DNA of 61,350 nt, from contig CALBUI010000046.1 in the NCBI GenBank assembly GCA_937968125.1, positions 1-61,350 of the forward strand. The letters are read 5' to 3'. A program made the translations under genes and the position numbers. The notes below the pieces were generated by a model. It had not been told where the DNA came from and ran no database searches. It worked only from the letters and a program-made list of their open reading frames with translations. This document shows positions 1-9,479 of the stretch, one piece after another; positions within the stretch are counted from its first letter, which is position 1; each line of letters starts with the position of its first letter. The DNA is from an uncultured Anaerolineales bacterium. GTDB taxonomy: Bacteria > Chloroflexota > Anaerolineae > Anaerolineales > UBA4823.

Positions 1-55
1 CTGTTCCTCTCACAGATCTTGTCTCATTAGTGCTGGACCTCAGCCTAATGAAATT

Positions 56-80
56 CGCCGCCCTGGATAGGCGGCGTTTT
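56..80 (+). terminator. Rho-independent terminator-like hairpin
   Basis: CGCCGCC-7nt-GGCGGCG followed by TTTT; lies just downstream of the minus-strand lipoprotein gene and could also serve a + gene ending near the window edge. Confidence 0.6.
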
Positions 81-122
81 GATTCAATGGCATAAGGTAT
101 ATCCGGAACTGATTTTGATCGG

Positions 123-554
123 TCAGGGAGTTAACTCTCCAACAACTTCATTGTTTACGATCACTTGATATTCGCCTTCATCCAGGGGAATATTTACCGA
201 AAATGGTTCCAGGACCTGGATACATATCTCATTTGGATCGACTACTGCATAAATTTCAACTGCTAAGCTGTTTTGGTCATCTGAGGAAGATACTTCGACC
301 CGTAAAAGGTGGCAGGGTGTGGGTAATGCTCCTTCAACATGTAAAGCGGATCGGGATGGATCGCCCTCGAGAGATATGAGTTCTATTTCGACGTTCTCAA
401 TTTCGACCCGCTCCATCTCCGCATCACTTGATAGAGGCTCCCAGGGGGCAGGAGTTGCCTCCGGTGCTGGGGAATCACGTCCAGAACAAGCTGCAAAAAG
501 GAGACAAACTAATAAGAATATGCTTCGAGTCTCAATTTTTATATGGTCAGTCAC
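123..554 (-). CDS. Hypothetical lipoprotein (third gene of archease-rtcB unit)
   Basis: Hydrophobic stretch plus lipobox LFAAC, Pro-rich linker, Cys pair (PTPC...ICIQ); in-frame GTG at 554 just after the rtcB stop preferred over the 650 start; start uncertain. Confidence 0.7.
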   Translation of the reverse strand: MTDHIKIETRSIFLLVCLLFAACSGRDSPAPEATPAPWEPLSSDAEMERVEIENVEIELISLEGDPSRSALHVEGALPTPCHLLRVEVSSSDDQNSLAVEIYAVVDPNEICIQVLEPFSVNIPLDEGEYQVIVNNEVVGELTP

Positions 555-561
555 TTTTTGG

Positions 562-2013
562 TCAACCTTTAATAACTGCAACAGGACGTAATCGCGCGAC
601 TTTACTGGCAATGCCGGCATTTTGAACGGTCTCGACGACCGCGTCAACATCTTTGTACGCCTGTGGCGCTTCCTCAGCCAATCCAGCCATCGAACCAGCG
701 CGAATTTGGATGCCCTTTGACTGAAGTTCTTTACGTAGGTCCTCTCCCCAGATAGATTTTTTGGCTTTACTGCGGCTCATTGTGCGACCCGCGCCGTGAC
801 ATGTAGAACCAAATGAGCGCATCATGCTCTCTTCCGTACCAACCAGAACCCAGGAGGCGGTACCCATGCTCCCCGGTACCAGGACTGGCTGTCCAAGCTG
901 GCGATACTCTTCTGGCAATTCTTGAAACCCAGGTCCAAATGCGCGCGTGGCTCCTTTTCGATGGACACAAACATCCACATCGCGCCCTCCGATCTTGTGG
1001 CTCTCAATTTTGCCCATGTTGTGGGCGATATCATAAACTTGGTGTAGATGCCAGTTGCTAACTTTGCCTGCCAGTTCTTCTTCAAATGCCATGCGGGCAT
1101 AATGAGCCAATACCTGGCGGTTGGCAAAGGCGTAATTCGCCGCACAGCGCATTGCTGCCAGATAAGCCTCTCCTTCAGGCGAGTCTAAAGGGGCGCAAAC
1201 CAGTTCACGATCAGGAAGCTTGATCGAATATCGATTCACTGCAGACTGGAAATCACGCACGTAATCTGTACAGATCTGGTGTCCAAAGCCGCGCGAACCG
1301 CAGTGAATCATTACTGTCAGATTACCTTCAATTAGACCCATTACCTGGGCAGCTTGGGGGTGGAAGACTTGATCGACGATACCAACTTCAATGAAATGAT
1401 TTCCGGCACCCAGGGTTCCCAGCTGCGAACGGCCCCGATCTTTGGCTCGTTTGCTGACCCTGGTTGGATCTGCTCCTTCAAGCTGACCACCCTCTTCTGT
1501 CCGCCGCAAATCAGCCTCTGTGGCATATCCCTGATTTAATGCCCAGCGACTTCCCGTTCGACATACTTTCTCCAATTCGACAATTTTCAATCGTAAATGC
1601 CCCTTCTTCCCTACACCGCTGGGGCAGAGCCGGTTTAGCGTGTCTGCTAAACCAGGAAGGTTATTTTTCACCGCTTCGTATTCAATCTGAGAACCCAAGA
1701 GGCGCACCCCGCAATTTATATCGTAGCCGATCGCGCCGGGTGAGATGATACCGTGAGGCAGCTGAGTCGCGGCAACACCACCAATAGGAAAACCATAGCC
1801 CTGGTGAACATCCGGCATCACCACAACTCGATCGACTAAACCGGGCAATGTGGCTGCGTTTACCGCTTGTTCGAGAGATTTGTCACCTTTGATCTGTTCA
1901 AGCAGCTGGCGAGTAGCGAAAATTCTCACCGGGACACGCATATCTGAGCGATAAGATTTTGGGATCTCCCATTCGTAGCGGTTGATCTTTTTCAAATCTG
2001 CTAGGCTAACCAT
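562..2013 (-). CDS. rtcB: RtcB RNA ligase (3'-phosphate/5'-OH)
   Basis: Motifs [51 protein letters not shown]. Confidence 0.97.
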   Translation of the reverse strand: MVSLADLKKINRYEWEIPKSYRSDMRVPVRIFATRQLLEQIKGDKSLEQAVNAATLPGLVDRVVVMPDVHQGYGFPIGGVAATQLPHGIISPGAIGYDINCGVRLLGSQIEYEAVKNNLPGLADTLNRLCPSGVGKKGHLRLKIVELEKVCRTGSRWALNQGYATEADLRRTEEGGQLEGADPTRVSKRAKDRGRSQLGTLGAGNHFIEVGIVDQVFHPQAAQVMGLIEGNLTVMIHCGSRGFGHQICTDYVRDFQSAVNRYSIKLPDRELVCAPLDSPEGEAYLAAMRCAANYAFANRQVLAHYARMAFEEELAGKVSNWHLHQVYDIAHNMGKIESHKIGGRDVDVCVHRKGATRAFGPGFQELPEEYRQLGQPVLVPGSMGTASWVLVGTEESMMRSFGSTCHGAGRTMSRSKAKKSIWGEDLRKELQSKGIQIRAGSMAGLAEEAPQAYKDVDAVVETVQNAGIASKVARLRPVAVIKG

Positions 2014-2042
2014 GACATTACCTCCACAATCAGCTGGACAAA

Positions 2043-2459
2043 TTACACATCAAAAACGATGTTCGCAACCAAGCCATCTTTATATTCTCGAACTTCGAGG
2101 TTGTGGTAGGTGGCTGCTTTTATTTCCTTGGCCAGTGATTCAATTTTTGAACCGCTCAATATGGCAATTAATCGATCCCCTTGAATTTGTAAATTAAAAC
2201 CATCGAAGCCAATTTTTTCGGATTCAGTTAGGTATATTAGCTCCGTGAGAAAATCAATCAGCAGTGTTTCTGGCTCGCTAAACTGAATTTCCAACTTTCG
2301 GGTCAAACCAGGTTGCGGGGCTAGTTCAAGATGGGTGAGGTGATACATCCCGCGAACTGCGTGTTCTAAAAGAGACTCAAGGTCCGGAGCCCAAACTTCA
2401 AGTTCCCAATCTGCTGTGTGGGATATTTCTCGAAATCCAAACGGTGAGGTGTGGTGCAT
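2043..2459 (-). CDS. Archease (RtcB activator)
   Basis: N-terminal HTAD, C-terminal IKAATYH and terminal FDV; adjacent to rtcB. Confidence 0.93.
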   Translation of the reverse strand: MHHTSPFGFREISHTADWELEVWAPDLESLLEHAVRGMYHLTHLELAPQPGLTRKLEIQFSEPETLLIDFLTELIYLTESEKIGFDGFNLQIQGDRLIAILSGSKIESLAKEIKAATYHNLEVREYKDGLVANIVFDV

Positions 2460-2575
2460 AATTCCAGTATACCATTTAGCATTTTTCGCAAAGAATGACT
2501 AATCAACCTCTAGCTGGGTGAGATTTGAACGTCCTTGCAGTATGATCTGCTTGCTTCTATAATAAAGACCTGATC

Positions 2576-3352
2576 ATGGGTTCATTAATCGAAAAAATAT
2601 CCCAACTCGAACTGCGCATTCAATCTTTGGTTGAACGGGGTTCTACGCCATCTATTTCGAAATCAGGAGATTTCGGTGCAAGGATGGTTGCGGCCATGGA
2701 GCAAAGCATCAATAGTGATGATTCCTTGGATTCAACTGCCGCTGATTTATATATCATGTCAGTGGATCAAAGGACTGCCCAATTGTTGGGTGAAGATCCT
2801 GGTTTGGTTGATGAATTTGGAGAGATGATTTACCAGGCAGGAAAAGAGTCTGGATTACGATTTTCTGTCCCTCCGAGGGTTAAAATCAAGTCTGATCCTT
2901 CGCTGGAACCAGGGTTCATTGCGGTCTCCGCCCAATACAGCTTGCAGCAATTTGATGAGACCAGTACGCTAACGACTGCAAATAATGGTGTGACAGAAAT
3001 TCCGGAATATGCATTTTTAATTATCAATGGCGTGCAAATATTCCCGCTGGATGAATCAGTTATTAATTTAGGAAGACGTTCTGATAATCATGTCGTGATT
3101 GATGAAATGAGAGTATCTCGAAAGCATGCTCAAATCCGGGCAATAAAAGGACATTATGTGATTTTCGATCTTGATTCATCAGGCGGGACTTATGTGAATG
3201 GCGTGCTTTCCTCCCAAGCGACTTTATATCCTGGGGATGTCATATCTCTGGCAGGTGTGGACCTGGTCTATGGGCAGGATGCTGCATACCTATCAGGCAA
3301 TGACTCTGGTTCAACACAGCCACTGGTACCTTTCCCCGGTGCGGATGATTAG
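2576..3352 (+). CDS. FhaA-like protein (DUF3662-like N-terminus + FHA domain)
   Basis: FHA motifs LGRR, VSRKHA, DLDSSGGTYVNG; paired with a second FHA gene. Confidence 0.88.
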   Translation: MGSLIEKISQLELRIQSLVERGSTPSISKSGDFGARMVAAMEQSINSDDSLDSTAADLYIMSVDQRTAQLLGEDPGLVDEFGEMIYQAGKESGLRFSVPPRVKIKSDPSLEPGFIAVSAQYSLQQFDETSTLTTANNGVTEIPEYAFLIINGVQIFPLDESVINLGRRSDNHVVIDEMRVSRKHAQIRAIKGHYVIFDLDSSGGTYVNGVLSSQATLYPGDVISLAGVDLVYGQDAAYLSGNDSGSTQPLVPFPGADD

Positions 3353-3370
3353 TGGAATAAGAGCAAGAAT

Positions 3371-3832
3371 ATGAGCGCCACGATTCTCCTCATCATACGC
3401 CTCTTGATGGCTTTAGCCCTTTATGGATTCTTGGGATGGGCGGTTTGGACCCTCTGGCGGGATATCAAACGACAGAATGAACTCATGGCAGCCCGTCGAA
3501 TCCCGGAGCTGACCCTGACAAAACAAGGCGAGTCTGGAGAAGAATCATTAAAGTTTTCCACGCCGGACATTCTAGTCGGAAGAGATCAAATCTGTGATTT
3601 GATCCTCGATGAGAAAACAGTTTCGGCCGAACATGCCCGGCTCTCTTATCATCACGGCAATTGGTGGGTGGAAGATTTAGATTCCAGGAATGGGACGTTG
3701 TTAAACCTGGAAATACTTTCTACTCCAGCAGTTGTGGTATCTGGAGATGAACTTCAATTAGGTCAGGTTATTATCAATATTGAGATTGGGGAAAGTGAAA
3801 ACCATTCTCCAGTTGCAGTTTCCAAGGGATGA
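3371..3832 (+). CDS. FhaB-like membrane-anchored FHA protein
   Basis: N-terminal TM helix; VGRD, VSAEHA, DLDSRNGT FHA motifs. Confidence 0.9.
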   Translation: MSATILLIIRLLMALALYGFLGWAVWTLWRDIKRQNELMAARRIPELTLTKQGESGEESLKFSTPDILVGRDQICDLILDEKTVSAEHARLSYHHGNWWVEDLDSRNGTLLNLEILSTPAVVVSGDELQLGQVIINIEIGESENHSPVAVSKG

Positions 3833-3897
3833 TATTTATCATCCCCGGAAAGTGATCGTCCATTGAACGCTGTTCAAATAGAAGAAGGAGAACTCCT

Positions 3898-4755
3898 GTG
3901 TGTAAACTAGCTGTCATCGGCGGTTCAGGTCTATATGGGATGCCTGGGCTTGAAGATATTCAAGAAAGATCGATTTCCACTCCATTTGGTGATCCGAGCT
4001 CTCCGATTGTCATCGGTCAGTTGGGCGACCAATCGATTGCATTCCTCGCCCGACATGGAATTGGTCATCACATATCTCCATCGGAGATTAACTTTCGAGC
4101 CAATATCTATGCCCTAAAAAGCCTGGGTGTTGAGCGGATCGTCGCCATCAGCGCCTGCGGCTCTCTGCGCGAGGATTACGCGCCAGGGGATATCGTCATC
4201 CCGGACCAGCTGTTCGATTTCACCAAAGGCAGGGAGAGAACATTTTTTGGTCAAGGATTGGTCGCCCATGTTAGTCTGCCTGATCCATTCTGTCCAGACC
4301 TGTCTGAGCGCGTGTACCAGGCAGTGAAGGAAACTGGTAATACTATTCACATGGGCGGAACATACATCACGGTTGAGGGACCCCGTTTTTCTACCCGGGC
4401 TGAATCGAATGCTTATCGTTCTTGGGGCATGTCTTTAATCGGCATGACAACCTCGCCAGAAGCATTTCTTGCCAAAGAGGCTGAGATTTGCTACACATCA
4501 TTAGCCCATGTAACGGACTACGATGTATGGCATATCAGTGAAGAACCGGTCACGGTTGAAATGGTGATTGAAATTCTTAATCGCAACACCACCATTGCCC
4601 AACAGGCGATCAACAACCTGGTCGGCGTATTGGACCCAGAGCGATTATGTGACTGCGAGGATACATTGGCATCAGCATTGATCACCGATCCAAAAGTGAT
4701 CCCGGCCGAGACGCGTCAGCGTCTGAGTCTGCTGGTTGATAAGTATTTGGATTGA
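3898..4755 (+). CDS. mtnP: S-methyl-5'-thioadenosine phosphorylase
   Basis: IGGSGLY, LARHG, EGPRFSTRAES, GMT, VTDYD motifs. Confidence 0.95.
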   Translation: MCKLAVIGGSGLYGMPGLEDIQERSISTPFGDPSSPIVIGQLGDQSIAFLARHGIGHHISPSEINFRANIYALKSLGVERIVAISACGSLREDYAPGDIVIPDQLFDFTKGRERTFFGQGLVAHVSLPDPFCPDLSERVYQAVKETGNTIHMGGTYITVEGPRFSTRAESNAYRSWGMSLIGMTTSPEAFLAKEAEICYTSLAHVTDYDVWHISEEPVTVEMVIEILNRNTTIAQQAINNLVGVLDPERLCDCEDTLASALITDPKVIPAETRQRLSLLVDKYLD

Positions 4756-4798
4756 GGGGGATGTATCATTTCAACTGCTTGTTCCAATCTTTGAGATT

Positions 4799-7510
4799 AT
4801 GACCTCCACAACGAAATCCTTTCATTTGTCAGATTCGCCCCATCGTATTCAGGGCAGGTTGCTGGTATTTGCAGGTGTCTTCTTGGGACTTTATGCACTG
4901 GGATTAACCCTGGCGCCAGCTGCCAGAACTGGCACCTGGGAGGGCGATTACCGGTGGAACCATTGGTTAGGGTATCTGGCCTGGCTGATTCTCATCCTCA
5001 TTGTCAATCGACAAATCAAGCGTATCCTACCCAATCAAGATCCCTTTTTGCTGCCTGTCGCAGCCTTGTTGAGCGGTTGGGGTTTGATGACCATTTGGCG
5101 CCTATTCCCCGATTTTGGTCTCCGCCAGACGATGTGGTTCGTGATCTCAATGGTCCTATTTGCGGCTGGATTGCGATTACCTCAGGATTTACTATTCCTG
5201 CGCAGGTATAAATATGTGCTGCTGACCGGGGGATTGGTGTTAACTGCTTTGACGTTATTGTTTGGCACCAATCCAGGTGGCAATTTTGGTCCAAATTTGT
5301 GGTTAGGTTGTTGTGGGGTTTATTTTCAACCATCTGAGCCGCTTAAATTATTGTTGATCATTTATCTTTCAGCATACCTGGCAGATAAACAACCCTGGAC
5401 GTTGATATCTTCATCCAGTTTCCGGAGTGACGATTCTGATAGAGGAGAAGGAGATCGAGGCAAAACTGAATCCTTATCAGCCGTGCTGCCACTTCTGGTG
5501 CCTATCCTGATCATGACCGGATTAATCCTCCTTTTGCTTTTAGTGCAAAGGGATCTGGGGACCGCAACAATCTTTCTCTTCTTGTTTGCGGTCATCGTCT
5601 ATCTGGCAACTGGGCGCAGACTGGTATTGATTCTAAGTGGAGTGCTCCTATTTCTTGCTGGCATAAGCAGCTATTTCTTATTTGATGTGGTGAGATTGAG
5701 AATCGATGCCTGGTTGAATCCCTGGTTGGATCCCAGTGGACGTTCGTACCAGATCGTCCAATCCCTCCTGGCCATTGCGCACGGGGGAGTTGGGGGCCGG
5801 GGGCCGGGGATGGGCAGCCCAACCCTGGTACCAATTTCTCACTCGGATTTTATTTTTACCGCCATTGTTGAGGAAAGTGGGCTAGTAGGTGGCATTGCCT
5901 TGGTGGTATTACTAATGGTGCTGACCGCAAGTGGTTTGCGCATCGCACAAAGGGCTCCCGATAATTTTCGTCGCTACCTGGCGGCAGGATTGACCGTGTA
6001 CTTGATCGGTCAGAGTTTGTTGATCATTGGGGGCAATATCCGCTTACTGCCTTTGACTGGGGTAACATTGCCCTTCGTTTCTTATGGAGGCTCCTCGCTG
6101 TTGACTGCTTTTGCTTCATTATTATTGTTGATTTTGATCAGTCAAAGCGCTAATGCCAATCCGTTGCCTGCCATAAACACACCAATTTATACGCGCTTAG
6201 GGGCTTTCCTGCTGGTTGGTCTTTCAGTTGCTGCTCTGATCATCGGTTGGTGGACATATGTGCGCGGCCCTGGATTATTGGGTCGAACAGACAACGCTCG
6301 CCGGGGGATCGCAGAGCGGTTCGTGAAGCGAGGTGAGATCTTCGATCGAGATAACACTCCCCTGGTCACCACGACTGGAAGTACCGGTGAATACTCGCGT
6401 CATTACAACTTGCCAAACCTGGGTTCAACAGTTGGCTATTCCCATCCTGTCTATGGGCAATCTGGGTTAGAAGCCAGCCTTGATCCATATCTACGTGGCC
6501 TGGAAGGCAACGCCGGACTGGAGATATGGTGGAATCACCTGCTTTACGGTCGTCCACCGCCAGGCTTGGATGTCCGCCTGAGCCTGGATATGGACCTGCA
6601 GCAGGTTGCCGATGAGCTGCTTGGTGATCGAGCTGGCGCCCTTATCCTATTGAATGCAGAGAATGGGGAAATTCTCAGCCTCGCCTCTCATCCGACATTC
6701 GATCCAAACCAGCTGGAGGAGAACTGGCTCGAACTGGTCAATGATGACAAAACTCCTCTGCTCAACCGGGCGATTCAGGGGCAGTATCCACCGGGAACAG
6801 CCTTAGGTCCGTTTCTTATGGCTGCGCTGACTGCAGAAGGAGGGTTCGCGCAGTTTCCGGAAACCGATTTTTCTGAGGAACTCTTTGCAAGCTCTCCTTG
6901 TGCCATAACCCCTGGAGTCACGAGTTGGGCAGGAGTGATTTCAGCAGGTTGCGAACTTCCCCAGGTAATTTTGAGTGAGGAGCTCGGCCAGGATGCAATC
7001 CAAAAACTATATGAGGATTTAGGTTTCTTTATTGACCCCGGCCTTGGTCCGCTTAAACAAGAGGACACAATTCCACCCTTGATCTTGTCCCCACAGGAGA
7101 TCATTAGCGGCCAGTCGGAATTCCGGTTGAGCCCGCTGCAAATGGCGCTTGCTGCTGCCACCATAAGTTCGGGTGGATCTAAACCCATTCCGATTCTGGC
7201 CTCTGCTCTCAACCGGCCGGATACTGGCTGGACGGTCTTCCTGCCATCCGGTGAGCCTCACCAGGTATTTTCTAAACCCAACGCAGATGGTGTCGCTGGA
7301 TTATTGTCGCAGAATTCATTACCTATCTGGGATTCGGTTGCGACCACGGTGAATGAACCTGACCAAGTGATAACCTGGTATTTGGGCGGTACACTGCCCA
7401 CCTGGACTGGTGCTCCGATCTCGTTGGTGATCATCCTGGAAGAAGATTCTCCCCAGGAAGCGCTGGCAATTGGACAGGCCATGATGGAGGCTGCTCTCCA
7501 GGTTGAGTGA
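4799..7510 (+). CDS. FtsW/RodA (SEDS) glycosyltransferase fused to a degenerate penicillin-binding transpeptidase domain
   Basis: Multi-TM N-half with FQPSE, QRDLG, HSDFIF, GVTLPFVSYGGSS; C-half with PBP features (RGEIFDR, GEILSLASHPTFDPN, LNRAIQGQYPPG, SPLQMA); start could be as early as 4736. Confidence 0.9.
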   Translation: MTSTTKSFHLSDSPHRIQGRLLVFAGVFLGLYALGLTLAPAARTGTWEGDYRWNHWLGYLAWLILILIVNRQIKRILPNQDPFLLPVAALLSGWGLMTIWRLFPDFGLRQTMWFVISMVLFAAGLRLPQDLLFLRRYKYVLLTGGLVLTALTLLFGTNPGGNFGPNLWLGCCGVYFQPSEPLKLLLIIYLSAYLADKQPWTLISSSSFRSDDSDRGEGDRGKTESLSAVLPLLVPILIMTGLILLLLLVQRDLGTATIFLFLFAVIVYLATGRRLVLILSGVLLFLAGISSYFLFDVVRLRIDAWLNPWLDPSGRSYQIVQSLLAIAHGGVGGRGPGMGSPTLVPISHSDFIFTAIVEESGLVGGIALVVLLMVLTASGLRIAQRAPDNFRRYLAAGLTVYLIGQSLLIIGGNIRLLPLTGVTLPFVSYGGSSLLTAFASLLLLILISQSANANPLPAINTPIYTRLGAFLLVGLSVAALIIGWWTYVRGPGLLGRTDNARRGIAERFVKRGEIFDRDNTPLVTTTGSTGEYSRHYNLPNLGSTVGYSHPVYGQSGLEASLDPYLRGLEGNAGLEIWWNHLLYGRPPPGLDVRLSLDMDLQQVADELLGDRAGALILLNAENGEILSLASHPTFDPNQLEENWLELVNDDKTPLLNRAIQGQYPPGTALGPFLMAALTAEGGFAQFPETDFSEELFASSPCAITPGVTSWAGVISAGCELPQVILSEELGQDAIQKLYEDLGFFIDPGLGPLKQEDTIPPLILSPQEIISGQSEFRLSPLQMALAAATISSGGSKPIPILASALNRPDTGWTVFLPSGEPHQVFSKPNADGVAGLLSQNSLPIWDSVATTVNEPDQVITWYLGGTLPTWTGAPISLVIILEEDSPQEALAIGQAMMEAALQVE

Positions 7511-7583
7511 AAGAGATAATGTAAGGGAGGAAGGGAACTTGGGTGGGAATTATCTTAGAAATGGTTTTATCGCTAACAATGAT

Positions 7584-7625
7584 AAAAAAAATCTGATCTA
7601 TTCACCCATAGATCAGATCCTTTTT
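7584..7625. terminator. Bidirectional terminator
   Basis: ATCTGATCTAT-6nt-ATAGATCAGAT flanked by an A-tract and a T-tract between convergent genes. Confidence 0.75.
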
Positions 7626-7649
7626 GTGAAAATAGCGCTTGAGGGTTTC

Positions 7650-8099
7650 TTAGCCCCTTGGACCTCGGCTCATGCGCAGGAACATCCCCGCCACGAAGCC
7701 TGCCGCGGTTATGGCGGCCATGATTACTTTCGTACGATCGGCGACCGGTTCGATTCGTACACCCTCGGGTGAGGCGATCACTACCGCAACCGGCCTCGAG
7801 AGAGTTCGTCCACCACCTCCTCCTCCTCCACCGGCTCCTTCGCCGATCCCTTGACCAGGAGGAGATTCTTCACCTTCAAAATCACCTCTTCCATATCCCA
7901 TGCCTGCTCCAAAACCTAGCACAACCAGGTTTTCCGATGTGGGTATGATTTTTGTCTCACCAACTTCGACAGGTTGACCATATACTTTATCGACACTGGC
8001 AGATTCGATAAAGGTTTTCATTGTCGCATTGACATCTTCGAATGTCTGGTGGAGATTAATGTCTCCAGTATCGCCAGGTCCTTTAACTACCTTGTCCAT
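7650..8099 (-). CDS. YtfJ/GerW-family protein
   Basis: VYGQPVEVGETKIIP, GFGAG, poly-Gly GGGGGGGG, RPVAVVI...GVRIEP, C-terminal TM helix. Confidence 0.85.
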   Translation of the reverse strand: MDKVVKGPGDTGDINLHQTFEDVNATMKTFIESASVDKVYGQPVEVGETKIIPTSENLVVLGFGAGMGYGRGDFEGEESPPGQGIGEGAGGGGGGGGRTLSRPVAVVIASPEGVRIEPVADRTKVIMAAITAAGFVAGMFLRMSRGPRG

Positions 8100-8111
8100 C
8101 AGTCTCTCCTT

Positions 8112-8396
8112 TTACGATTTTGAATTTCGGAATATTAACCATGTGAGCAAAGCGGTGATTAACCCAGCTCCAAGAATGCCAATTTGCATTCGCCTGGTAT
8201 AGTCATGGATGGGGATGATCTGGCGTCGTCCCATCGCATCCTCAACGATCACAGAGCGTGGTCGATTCCAGACAATTCCACCATTTCCAGATGGAAAGTT
8301 TAGTCTGTACGAGCGGGAAACCGGGTAGATCTTTACATCTCCCGCAGTTACCGGCTCTCCAGCGCTGGTCTGCTGAATGAGAATCCTTTTCGCCAT
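8112..8396 (-). CDS. Short YtfJ/GerW-like paralog with C-terminal TM helix
   Basis: AGEPVTAGDVKIYPVS...GGIVWNRP..VIV resembles the neighbouring gene; ATG at 8396 directly follows the upstream stop. Confidence 0.7.
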   Translation of the reverse strand: MAKRILIQQTSAGEPVTAGDVKIYPVSRSYRLNFPSGNGGIVWNRPRSVIVEDAMGRRQIIPIHDYTRRMQIGILGAGLITALLTWLIFRNSKS

Positions 8397-8397
8397 T

Positions 8398-8790
8398 TTA
8401 TTCGCCCTCAACCTCTTCTTCGCCTGACTCATCTGCTTGAGGTATAGGGGGGATCACTCTCTCCAATTCCTTGTTCAGTTTATGCAGTACAGATTGCAGA
8501 TCTGAACGGATTTTCGTCTCTGCTTCTCCGCTCCGCACCCGGTCGCGAAGATCTTCAGCTTCAGTTTTTACCCGCTGACCAGCATCACTTTCTTGGATTT
8601 CGTTGGCGGTTTGCTTAAGCGAGCTGCCCAAGCCTGCTAAGCCATCTTCAATATCTTTTTGCAGGTTTTGTCGCTCCTCGCTCTCCCAGGCGCCGAGGAT
8701 AATGCTCTTCAAGTTTTCGCCCAGGTTTTGGAATTCCGATGCCAGATCTTCTGGCGGGGATTCTTCTTGAGGATCAGGTATATCAGACAT
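8398..8790 (-). CDS. Hypothetical acidic helical/coiled-coil protein
   Basis: Good RBS (AGGAGG); first gene of a 3-gene minus-strand unit. Confidence 0.75.
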   Translation of the reverse strand: MSDIPDPQEESPPEDLASEFQNLGENLKSIILGAWESEERQNLQKDIEDGLAGLGSSLKQTANEIQESDAGQRVKTEAEDLRDRVRSGEAETKIRSDLQSVLHKLNKELERVIPPIPQADESGEEEVEGE

Positions 8791-9003
8791 TAGATGGAAC
8801 CTCCTGTATTTAGTTTTGGATTTTTATACCAATAATTGACGAAGAGGGATGCGTGGAAAATTCTACTGAACTCAGGGTATTCTTACATTGGCTTAATTTT
8901 GCCTTATATTGAGGATTAATGCAAGCAGCCTCACTAATCAGGTCGGGAAAAGATGGAAGCGGTACAATTATCGACAGAATCACATTAGGAAAGGAAGCAT
9001 TTC

Positions 9004-9324
9004 ATGGTCAAAAACAGGCAGCCCAATGTTGAAGTATGGGTTGGTGAGACGCCTCCCACTGAAGCAGAACTGCGTCGCAAGCTAAATGAACAAGGATTAT
9101 CTGTACACCGCTGGTCGAATGGACCTGGAGATACGTATGGTAAACACAGCCACCCATTCCAAAAAGTGATTTACGTGGTTCAAGGTAACATAAACTTCAT
9201 ATTGCCAGAACGGGGCGAACAATTAAATCTGAACGCTGGTGATCGTCTCGATCTTCCGAAAGATGTTGCCCATGAGGCAGTTGTAGGACCACAAGGGGTG
9301 GTTTGTTTAGAAGCTCATCAGTAG
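9004..9324 (+). CDS. Cupin-domain protein
   Basis: HSHPF and GDRLDLPKDVAHEA cupin motifs. Confidence 0.88.
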   Translation: MVKNRQPNVEVWVGETPPTEAELRRKLNEQGLSVHRWSNGPGDTYGKHSHPFQKVIYVVQGNINFILPERGEQLNLNAGDRLDLPKDVAHEAVVGPQGVVCLEAHQ

Positions 9325-9418
9325 TATGGTTCCCTCGCGGAACCAAGACGAATCGTCTTTGTCCTGCTATCAATTAATTCTTCGAATGATTCACCCTCTG
9401 AATATTTCTGTGTTGTTT

Positions 9419-9444
9419 TGCAACTTATCTTTCAGATTAACGTA
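9419..9444 (+). promoter_or_regulatory. Putative ECF (SigW-like) promoter
   Basis: TGCAAC-N16-CGTA, 35 nt upstream of the toast-rack lipoprotein gene. Confidence 0.55.
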
Positions 9445-9479
9445 TATATTGGTAGAAGCAAATTGATTAGGAGGCTATC

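Noticed and set aside
7811-7834. CCA/CCT trinucleotide run as a contingency repeat
   Set aside because: Encodes the poly-Gly loop typical of YtfJ/GerW proteins, with mixed codons
8882-8910. CTTA repeats at 10-11 bp period as a regulator site
   Set aside because: Too short and degenerate in AT-rich DNA to support
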